In this document: positions 25,357 through 35,243 of the stretch, in pieces
Numbering within the stretch: the first letter of the stretch is position 1
How the letters are laid out: each line of letters opens with the position of its first letter
Assembly (NCBI GenBank): GCA_964035575.1
Contig: OZ037841.1
Coordinates: 1,054,001-1,118,000, forward strand
DNA length: 64,000 nucleotides
Direction of reading: 5' to 3'
Source: Rhynchopus sp. YZ270_cl-10
Taxonomy: Eukaryota
Notes under the pieces: generated by a model
Databases searched by the model: none
Told to the model about the DNA's origin: nothing
Seen by the model: only the letters and a program-made list of their open reading frames with translations
Made by a program: the position numbers and the translations under genes

Positions 25357-28300
25357 ATGTCGCAGAAACTGACTGACGTACAAGAGCTTGAATCCCTTCT
25401 CGCTCAAGAGGAAGAGCGGAGAATCAAGGTACAACAACTCTTCAACAAAAAGAAGGAGGAGGAGAAGGAGGCCAAGCTCAAACGCGCACAGCAGCGCACC
25501 CTCACACACGGCGAGCGTGAGGAGATCCGGAAGGTCTTCGAGCTGTTTGACAAAGACCAAAGCGGGCGGATCAAAGGCACTGAATTGCTCGAGGTATCCC
25601 GCAGCCTGGGATGCGAGCTCACCCCTACCGAACTCAACGAAACCATCGCCACAGTCGACCGCGACAAAGACAAGGAACTCGATTTTGAAGAATTTTTGTC
25701 GTGGTGGGGGTCCGACAAACTCCTTGGTGGCAACAAAGGCGTCAAGCTTCGTCTCCTGCGTACCCGTCTTGCTGCACGCATGGCGAAGAACGGCGCATTA
25801 GAAAAACTCCGTTCCATAGGGCAAACCGAATTAGGTGGTCGAAACATCAACCTCGAGTCGGATATCCTTACTGGAAAAATTCCGGAAAATTGGAAACCTG
25901 CGGTCGAAGTGCATACTACGGTGCTGCCGTTGTCGAAGGAGGCGTTTGGGTTGGAAGGGAAACGGTGGGTCAAAGCGTTCCAAGAGGATTCGGATCTGGA
26001 CAAAAGAGAGGACTTCTGGGATGGAGGAGAGAAAGGGATGCGGTTCGAGGAGGAGGCGATCAAAGGGCTTGTGAAGGTGACGTGTCTGCTGCGGCCGGAG
26101 GTGACAAAGGAGAGGGCGAATGAGCTGCTCTGCAAATACAACGAGATGAAGAATGATTTGAAAGGAAGTGGGTTCGAGATTGAAGGGGAGTCGCTGCTTC
26201 CGAATGTGCGGTTTGTGACACGGAAGCAGAAGAAGGACGGAAAAGACCGAGAAGTGCTGATGATGGAGGCTCTGTGCCCCATGCGCTATGCAAAGGTATA
26301 AGAGTGATATACATTATCACACAGACTTAATTTACCTTGCGTCTCCAATAATCCTTTTCCAAAGGTACACTGTTCACGAAAGGGGGGGTTTATTTCAAGT
26401 CAATTTAGAATACTATTATGGTGTGGCTGAAAGGGGGTGCTATTATTGTGCTATTTTCCGCTATTTTCTGCTATTTTCTGCTATTTTCTGCTATTTTCTG
26501 CTATTTTCTGCTATTTTCTGCTATTTTCTGCTATTTTCTGCTATTCTGGGTATCTGGATTTTTTTGGTGTGGCTGAAGGGAGGTGCTATTTTGTGCTATT
26601 TTCTGCTATTTTGGGGTCGTCAGCCACACCAGACTATGTTAAAAGGTATCGTGAAAGAGACATAGTATTAGACACGTATGCATCTCTAAACACAACACAC
26701 CACCACGCAGCCCCTCACGCAAATCATCGCCATTGCAAACGAAACACTGCGTCTCGGGAACAGCGAAGAGACTGTAGAGGACAACCCAGAGAAGGTCTTT
26801 GAGTCGATTGCCTTCTCCTTCAAAGTATGTTGTGTGGGGCTATCTGGTCAAGAAAGACACTACCTTTACAAATGTTGGCAGGGTTTCGGATCTTACCAAA
26901 ACATTCACACTTTCACCTCAATTTTTTTAACACTTTTTTCACTCAAAAAAACATCACAGAATGATATGGACCCCCTCTCTTGGCTTCTCGACGAAGAGAA
27001 TGGGGTAGCACAGCTGTTCAGCCGCTTCCAGGTTACCACGAAGGCTACCTTCTCTCGGGCAATGCTGCAGTTGTATCAGTCGTACATCTTCAGCAGCCCG
27101 GTGTCGCATGATTACTACCGTGATGTGTTCGCCAGCGCTGCGGGGCAGATGATTCTACTTGCTATGGCAGGGGGCGCATCGGTCCGTCTTAAGTTGCGTT
27201 CCTTTGGAGAAGTGGTCGAAGAGATAGGAACCTCCTTTGGAAAGCTTCACGAAGAGTTCATCAACCGTCAAGTCCAAGAAGGTGAGATAGAAACCAGTGC
27301 AAAGCTTGCAGCACTTCTCAGCAGCAAAGAGATTGTCCAACATTGGCAGGCCCGTCTACGCTATCTTACCCGCAATATGACGGCAAAGGAGGCGCTTTCC
27401 TTAGGAAGAACGACCCTAGGTGGGATGACGCAGGACAACGAAGAAATGTCGAATCATGCGTTTGGGGCGATTCGTGAGGCGGTGTTGGCGCCGGTGCGGG
27501 TGCAGTTCCTTTCCCCAGTGTGTTCTGCGAATGCGACGTTGAAAGGATTCGAGTTTGTATCAAACCACGTCCCCGCAGACGCAGCAGAAGGGAAGAAGTG
27601 GATCGAGGAGAACGACCTCGTGTACCAAGACATCGAGTCCGCGTTGGAGAAGATGCGGACGCAGGGGCGCAAGCTGTATGACATAGCAGACTTCTACAGC
27701 GATGGGTGGAAGGTGGGGAAGGTGTCGCGGCGGATCGTTGTTGCGGGCATGCCTGGGTCGGGGAAGTATGTTTCTGCTCTTTGTGATTGCTTTTTTGTGG
27801 CAACCACATTGTGGTGGAGTTTTGGTCTTTGGCGGTATTAAAACCACTTTTACCACCAAAACTCATCAGATGGGTCAATCTTTTGTTTATTTTCCCTCTT
27901 TTATTTAGCACTTTTTAGTGTACCTGCACTGCCGGTTATCCTGTAGTATACAGAAAGATAAAGCCATTTGGCAAATCATGCAACGGTCTCCGATCTTGTT
28001 ATATCTTTGTAATTTTCCCATTTTAGGTCAAAAATTGCTGTTTTCTCTTTCGCTCTCAAAATGACTCCATAAGGCACTCTGATGTTATCATTTCACACCC
28101 TTTCTCTCTCACTCCCACAGAAGCACCCTCGTCCACCGTGCCTCCACCGGGCTTGGTCTTGAAGACCCTACCCCCACCGAACGCCTCGCCATCAAGAACA
28201 CAAGCTACAAAGGCCGCATCTACCCGACGTGGGAGTACTGGGACGCACCTACAGGGTTCTCCTCGCTTCCAGAGTTTATGTTGGATGAGGAGGCGATGTC

Positions 28301-28727
28301 GGGGCCCATCACGCTGGTGTGGGTCGTCGACACCACGGTGGGGATCCAGCCAGGCGAGCGCGAAGCCTTCCAGCGTCTGAAAGAGGTGTTCGAAACGGAC
28401 AACCTGCACATCGTACTGGCCCTGGGGAAGTCAGACCTGAAGGCGTCGGAGTCCTGGGAGGGTGACATCGAGACTGCAGCGAAGGCAGGCATCGTCGACC
28501 GCGAGACCGTTCACCAGCTTGGAAAGTGTCTGACGACCCTGTCGGTGACCGGGACACAGTATGATTCGGCACAGCGTTTGCTGGACGCAGTCAGGAAGAT
28601 GGAACGCCACGCAGCCAAAGGCGAGGCAGCAAATGCCTGCAGTGAGCGTGCAGACTCCAGCGAAGACGAAGGTTTTGGTGATGGACAGCAGGTGCCCTCA
28701 GATGAGGACGACGAGTGGTTTGACTGA
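25357..28727 (+). CDS. EF-hand protein with C-terminal small-GTPase-like P-loop domain (exons 25357-26295, 26711-26824, 26960-27765, 28121-28727)
   Basis: EF-hands FDKDQSGRIKGTE and VDRDKDKELDFEE. Spliced P-loop GMPGSGK|STL, then YWD, LVWVVD and LGKSDL. All four exons join in frame by GT-AG introns. Confidence 0.8.
26419..26631. repeat. Intronic MITE-like unit containing a (CTATTTTCTG)n array
   Basis: 12-bp inverted repeat TGGTGTGGCTGA / TCAGCCACACCA, an internal direct copy at ~26565, and a 10-mer tandem array at ~26451-26545. No clear TSD. Confidence 0.55.
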
Positions 28728-29267
28728 AGGGTGGAAGGGTGAAGGGTGAAGGGGAACGTCTGTTTTTTTATCAGACGTAAACCACGAAATAGATGTAGGA
28801 CCACATGGTTGGGGGTCTACCCGGTACAGCCGGTCATTGTACCGTAGGGTGCATCTGTTCGAGAGAGGGCTTTTGTATTTCAAGTCAACCTTTTTATTGG
28901 GTAGTAAGATCGGTCAGAAGGGTGTGAGAGGGCGGGAGAGGGGTGGGTCTATTTTATCCCCTTTTTTGTTTGTTCTCAGCAAAAAATCCCATTTGTTTTT
29001 ACTTCAGTGCCTGCGTCCCAGAGGCGTTTGCACTATCTATCTTCACTTTATTTGTAGTTACACGCAATTTTTCAATCTCGGTGCAACAAAAAAAGCAACT
29101 CTTTTCGTCATATAATTACCGTAAATTTACACGAAAAAGAAAAGGAAAATACAAATAAAAATAAAGAGAAGGAAAAATCCCCCTCCATTTACATCGACAT
29201 ACCTGAGTATAGTTACACTAACAAAAACAGCTCCCCTCCTTTTTTATTTTACATTTTTCCTCCCCCA

Positions 29268-29708
29268 CTATCGGAACAGCATGGTTAGGGGAGATCCATC
29301 CCAACTGCCGTGCACCACCACAAGTGTCTCCCGCACGGCACCCGCCACTTCGTCGTCACACAGGTTCAGCACCTCAGCCTCCAGTCCCTCCACCACGGTT
29401 TGCAGCGCCTCCACGTCAACAGCACAAGTAGCCGCTTTCTGCCACTCCACCCACCGCTTCTCACGTCCGTTTGTTTCGGGGTCGTAAAATGCCTTCCTGA
29501 TTGCTGAGTGCAGCGTGACGATGTTGTGTCCCGCCTTCTCGAGCGTGTTTTCGTACTCTTCTATGGTGTTCGACAACAAATGTGCGAAACAAGCGAGGAA
29601 ACAGCACAACCAAGCCTCTGCTAAGCACCTGCTGCTCCGGCCATCGCCTCCTCCGCGGTCGGAGCGGATGAGAAACGGATGGCCACCAATTCCAGTTTCG
29701 CCAAACAA
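29268..29708 (-). CDS. Hypothetical protein or exon (only candidate minus-strand host gene)
   Basis: GC-rich, coding-like 146-codon ORF with helical character (WVEWQKAA..LQTVVEGLE). No secure family. Confidence 0.35.
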   Translation of the reverse strand: MFGETGIGGHPFLIRSDRGGGDGRSSRCLAEAWLCCFLACFAHLLSNTIEEYENTLEKAGHNIVTLHSAIRKAFYDPETNGREKRWVEWQKAATCAVDVEALQTVVEGLEAEVLNLCDDEVAGAVRETLVVVHGSWDGSPLTMLFR

Positions 29709-29883
29709 CGTTTTTGCAAGTTGGCACGACCACCACCACCCTGCTCATACAAAAAATTTCTTTTTCCCTCATCACATAGCAACTCTCATTGAAAACTGGC
29801 AACACTTTTGTTGTCTATAGCATTAAAAAGTTTTCCCTCATCACATACAACCACAAAACCTTTCCCCAACCCCTCAGTAGTGC

Positions 29884-29975
29884 CCCTCCCCCCTCTCTCC
29901 CCTCTCCCCCCTCTCCCCCCTCTCCCCCCTCTCCCCCCTCTCCCCCCTCTCCCCCCTCTCCCCCCTCTCCCTCCT
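29884..29975. repeat. (CCCCCTCTC)n polypyrimidine tandem repeat
   Basis: Tandem 9-mer directly upstream of the RNA ligase ATG. Confidence 0.8.
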
Positions 29976-29985
29976 CCGCCAAACA

Positions 29986-31008
29986 ATGTTTTCAAAATAC
30001 GAAAAAATGAGCGAATCCGCTGGGGACTGGGATACCAAAGGGGTCCGCGCCTTTAAATCCAAGGCTCCTGAGGACCATTGGGTGGCGACGGAAAAAATTC
30101 ATGGCGCGAACTTTTCTTTGGTTGCCACTACCAACGGGGTGCGCTGTGCCAAACGCGACACACTCCTGGACGAGCAAGACACCACCTTCTACGCTGGCCA
30201 CCGCGACATCCACCACCGCTATGCCAATTCGGTACAGCAGCTCTTTCACGCCGTCTCCTCCACCGAAGCCCACCTTGCCACGGTCACCATCTATGGTGAG
30301 CTCTTTGGTGGTCGATACCCTATAGAAAACACATCAGAAGAGTTCACAGATGAACCCGAAACCACCGAGGACAACACAACGGCAACCGCCATCCAGCAGG
30401 GTGTGTGGTATTCCCCCACCCTGCAGTGGTCCGCCTTTGACGTAGCCTTTACCCTATCCGACGACTCTCGCAGATATCTCCCGTACCGTGAAATGGCGGC
30501 GCTCCTGGCTGCCCATAGTATTCCTCATGCGGCGCCCCTTCTGATTGCTCCGTTTCAGTCTTGTGTGAATTTTCCGCTTCCGTTTCAGACGACGATTCCA
30601 AAGATCTTTGATTTGCCTGCATTGCCGCAGAATGACGCAGAAGGGGTAGTGATCAGGCCGTATGCCGTGGAGGTAGAGGTCATGAATATGAAAGGGAAAA
30701 GGGTGCGTGCGGTGTTGAAGGTGAAGGCAGAGAGGTTCGCGGAGTTGTCGGATAAGAAGACGGTGCGGGGGCTAGCAGGGGCATCGGATGTAGCGGTGTT
30801 GTGTGCAATGTGTGTCAACGCAAACAGACTCGCAGCGGTTCTCAGTAAGACAGGCAGGCTGACGAAGCGGAATCGGGCGGAGGTGACGGCACGTCTTGTG
30901 GACGATGTGGTGGAGGAAGTGGCACGCAAATCACCAGGGGCAAAAGAAGCAGATATTCGAAAAGAGGCTGCTCCTCAAGTGAACGCCTTCATGGCCAAAC
31001 AGAAATGA
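29986..31008 (+). CDS. RNA ligase, Rnl2 family
   Basis: Nucleotidyltransferase motifs I (TEKIHGANFS), III (IYGELFGG), IIIa (AFDV), IV (AEGVVIRP) and V (LKVKAERFAE). Rnl2-type C-terminal NRLAAVLSK. Intronless. Confidence 0.9.
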   Translation: MFSKYEKMSESAGDWDTKGVRAFKSKAPEDHWVATEKIHGANFSLVATTNGVRCAKRDTLLDEQDTTFYAGHRDIHHRYANSVQQLFHAVSSTEAHLATVTIYGELFGGRYPIENTSEEFTDEPETTEDNTTATAIQQGVWYSPTLQWSAFDVAFTLSDDSRRYLPYREMAALLAAHSIPHAAPLLIAPFQSCVNFPLPFQTTIPKIFDLPALPQNDAEGVVIRPYAVEVEVMNMKGKRVRAVLKVKAERFAELSDKKTVRGLAGASDVAVLCAMCVNANRLAAVLSKTGRLTKRNRAEVTARLVDDVVEEVARKSPGAKEADIRKEAAPQVNAFMAKQK

Positions 31009-31668
31009 TTTTTATATTTTTCCCGAACGGTAAGGCGATTGCTTTGCAACGTCTCTCTCACAGAACATTCATCATGCACGACCGAGCTGCGTTTTCGTAC
31101 ATTTTAACCACTCTTTTATTTTGGTAATGATTTATCAGAGGAGGTGTCCTCTGAGGGTTCGGATGTATTCTGTCAAGGTTCCTTCCTTTCCTATTCCCTG
31201 TGCATACAGATCTAACCCATACTGCACTGCACAAAAGGAACACGGCAGAGGGAGTAACGTCTGCTATCCACGAACTATTTTTTTTATAGATTTTGGACGA
31301 TCGAAACAAAAAATGCCCAATCACTACCAATTTCTCATGCTTTTCATCCACTGCATTATTTTTTTGTCCTTTGTGTGCTTTCTTTCTCTAACAGAAATTA
31401 TACGAAATTAGTTTTCTTTTCTTTTTGTATCGTGCGCTACAATCGAGGTTTGTCTGCGTCACCCTTCTTCCAACCTTATCCTACCTTCGACCCTACCCCA
31501 ACCTACCCCACACAGACAACACACACACTCCTCCCTTCCTCACTCTGCACAAGAGAGCCTCCCCCCCTCCTCCTCCACACCACTCTTCATTTGGCTTCCC
31601 CCCTGAAGCCGCGTTCCCCCTCCCCCTTCCCCTCCCCTTCCTATATACACATTTTCTGATATTTTAAA

Positions 31669-34245
31669 ATGCAGATCAAATTGAGGACTGTTGCAGGGCG
31701 GAAGATAGTTGCAGAGCTTCCGGAAGAGGCGACGGTGGGGGATGTGGTGGCACAGGTCTGTTCTGAGCAGGGGTATGCCCCAAAGGGTGCGCGGTTGGTG
31801 GTACGTGGTCAGGGGCTTGATGTGACAGCATCGTTTGCAGAGACAGTGGTGGAAGGACAGACCCCGACTTTGATTGCCGTCAAACAAAGCTATGCGAACA
31901 ACACTGCACCTCAGGTTGTGAAGGCGCCTGCACGCGAGCAAACCGATCCAGGGGTAGACACTTCTCTTCCAGAATATGATGGACCTCTGGACATCGCACA
32001 TCGCCAGGGTCTCCTGCAACTTCAAGCAGCGTTAAGTCGGATTGCCGAAGCTGAGGTGTTGGATCTCCTTTACATCCACCCAACGGTGTTGCATCTTCGT
32101 ACTCTGGTCCAGCAAGATGCATCGCTTCTTGCGCCGGCATTGCAACAGGTGAAAAGGTTGACCCCAAAGTTGATTGATTTTGCGTCTGCAAAGAATGAGC
32201 AGTTTCTCGCCCTCCTAAACGAACCGCTCGCGACACGGCGTGGTAGTAACTCCTCGGAAGAGGATGGGTATACACAGATGGCGTATCCACAGATTGGTCC
32301 AGATGACATTGAGGCGTTGAACCGTATTCAAGCGTTGGGGCCGTTTCCGAGGGAGTTGGTGTTGCAGAGTTATGTGGATGCGGGACGCAATGAGCATGTT
32401 GCTGCACAGTATTTGATGGATTTGGCGGCATATGAAGGAGGCATGGCTGCAGAAGAGGATGATGTGGCAGATGAGTTGGAGCTTCTTCAGGCAAGGGTGA
32501 CGGAGGCGCAGGAGGCAGGCGATGCGGCAGAGCTTCTCACCGCGCTGTTTGCGCTTGCTACTGCACGGCTTCGGAGTGGTGCGGGAGACTGCGATACACT
32601 TCTCCTTCGCGTCATAGAAGGCGCTCTGTTACACCACCCCACCGACCCCACCTCCGCCACACGCCACCACAGAAACGCATGTCAAGTTCTCTCTGCATTC
32701 TATGAAGGCCGTTCTGACCTGCTTCTCCAGGAATGCCAATCACTCCTCCATCTGGTTGCGTTAGGATACAACCCCGAAGCGCTGTTAGGCTCGGGAGGGT
32801 TAAGTGAAAACCGCCTTGCAGAGGTTGCGAAGAACGAAGGAGTTGATTTGGTGTGCGTTTCGCTGGTAGATGACGACCTCTGCGTCAGCCAGGTGCGCAG
32901 CGGGGAGAGGGGGGAAGGCGAGGCAGTGGTGGTGGTACGGAGACGGGAGCGGCTCTCTGCCGCAGATGTGTCGTTTGTCTCGAGGGCACCAGAGGAGCTT
33001 GCAGAGGCTCTCACCGCAACCTCACCACAACAAACCTGGCGCATCCTCCACCGCCTCTACACCACCATCTTCGGAGAGACCGGCTGCGCCGACTGGCTTC
33101 CCACAAAGCTCTGCTTCGTCAGCACCCTCCCCCTCCCCTTCCACGCCCTCTCCCCCCACGGAGGTGTCCCCCTCTCCCGCGGACGGCAGGTCACCCAAGC
33201 CCTCTCCATCCTCTGGCTGCAAGCTGCGCAAAGCCTTGCACAGTCCCCTGCACCCAACCTTCCTGGAAGGAAGCGTCTTCTGAGATCGACCTACCACGGG
33301 AACGTTCCAGGGTACGTTGTGAGCAAGAAGGTTGCACCAAGCAGGTTGGCGGAAGGGGAGTGGGTTGCGATCGTGCACTTTGGTGTGAACACCAGCGGTG
33401 GGGAGACGGTGACGGGGTTGAAGAGTCCTGCGGACACTGCCGTCTATGGGCATGGGGTGTCCGTGGTGCCAGCAACAGCTGCGATGGACCCGGAGACGGG
33501 GCGGGTGTGGGCGTGCTCCTCTGTCGTGTCCATTCTCCCCGAGTCGCCTGCTCCAGTAGCACCCCTGGCAAGACCTGCTCGCGACACACAGCTGGTCCTC
33601 CAGAGCCTGCACGCAGCGCTCTCACGTGGCGAGCATAAGGTCGAAGCCTTCTCAACGTCGCTCTCAGTAGGCCCGGAGGCACACATCCGTGCGTGGGTGC
33701 CGTGGGTGCTCCTAGGGACGCGGCTGCTGCTTGGTGGGAGGCGTGCGTACGTCATGTCGGACAAGCTCAAGGCAACGGATGATTACAAATATCTTGAGGT
33801 ATGTTGACAAAAATGCAACCTTTGCAGATCTTCGATGTCTTCGTTGTGTGTCTTGTGTGAGCGCATCTTTCAACAATAGCTATTTTTAGGCACCCAGAAA
33901 ACGAACTGAACTACAAGAACACAAGAAAAGCTACTCACCCAGAACAGTAAACAAACAGTGCATAAGAAGTTGGAAAATTCCAACAAAAGTCTCTTTTTTT
34001 TAAAGATATGTGGACTTTTTGCCTCTTGGCAGACAGACAGACGGACATCCCTAACCTAACACCACCACCACTGCACACAGACCCACTCGATGCATATTGT
34101 GTTCGACAAGATGATCGGGCACCTCTTGAGCGACAAGCCTGGCGACCCAGTAGACTCGCTGCTGGCGTACATGGAGGAGCACAAAGAGAGCCTAGAAGGC
34201 GTAGGCCCGGCAGGCAAGGAGGCACGTGGCACGGAAACGAATTAA
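31669..34245 (+). CDS. Rad23-like (UBL, XPC-binding, UBA) protein fused to a degenerate CHAT-like domain and a C-terminal Dpy-30/RIIa-like motif (exons 31669-33798, 34081-34245)
   Basis: MQIKLRTVAG is UBL; HP..LR.LVQ..LL..LQQ..FL.LLNE is XPC-binding; ALNRIQALG.FPRELV is UBA. CHAT-like motifs LYTTIF, LPFHAL, IVHF, KVEAF, WVPWVLLG. Spliced C-terminus YLETHSMHIVFDKMIGHLLSDKPGDPVDSLLAYM. Confidence 0.75.
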
Positions 34246-34657
34246 AAAAACACAAAATTGACACTAATAAATAACAAGACATTAACCCAGAGAGAACCAA
34301 CCATTTTTATTTCAACAGCTCAACCAAACTTGAAGCCCCCCTCCCCGCTTAGTATCTGCTTCATACTATGGGTCAAAGCGACAACACAACAGCGACGGAG
34401 ACGGCTTTTTTAGGGTTCATGTCATAAACCTTTTTATTCTTTTTGTTTTCCATGTTCTAGGTCCCTCTCTGATATTTCCCTCATCTCGCATCGTTCGGTG
34501 CGTTCTTTCCATCCCCCCTTTTGGCAGTTCCTGCTTCCGCAAGTCTTGCACACTCCCAGACCCCACAGACCCCTCTTGCCCCCTCTTTTGGTTGTGAGAG
34601 ATGCATGTAACCCAGGCTCCATCTCTCACAGTGTTTCTTCAAGGTGACTCTGAGTGA

Positions 34658-34832
34658 GGCTCAAGGCTCAAGGCTCAAGGCTCAAGGCTCAAGGCTCAAG
34701 GCTCAAGGCTCAAGGCTCAAGGCTCAAGGCTCAAGGCTCAAGGCTCAAGGCTCAAGGCTCAAGGCTCAAGGCTCAAGGCTCAAGGCTCAAGGCTCAAGGC
34801 TCAAGGCTCAAGGCTCAAGGCTCAAGGCTCAA
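34658..34832 (+). repeat. (GGCTCAA)25 tandem array within a family-B hairpin variant
   Basis: 25 perfect 7-mers, flanked by GGTGACTCTGAG (34643) and GGCTTAGTCTCACC (34833-34846). Confidence 0.9.
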
Positions 34833-35243
34833 GGCTTAGTCTCACCAAAATTTTTCTTTCAGATGCGCTAAGCTACCAACTCTTTTTGATGTGTTTGTCA
34901 TCAGTTAATGGACAATTCCTGTGTGCGACAGTTGCTGAGGTGGGGTCAACCACCCCCTTTTCCCCCAAGTGCTACACCAACACCTCGGGATTCGAAAAAA
35001 CCTACGGAGCGTGAGCGGCCCATTACTTTTTTCTGTACTTCATTGGTCTCGCTACGTAACCCCCCTCTGACAATCACTCCCCCCGTCCCCTACCCCCGCC
35101 CCCCACCCCCCACCCTGGCACCTTGGTTTCCCCTCCCCCCCCGCCCCTGCCGCCTTGGTGTTTGTCAACCCCCCCCCTACGTGGTGCGGCTTGTGAAGGG
35201 TCACTAGGAGTTCTTCCCCCCCGACACATATCGGCATCACAAA

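Noticed and set aside
34658..34832. CRISPR array or telomere
   Set aside because: Pure 7-mer tandem repeat with no spacers; interstitial and not TTAGGG.
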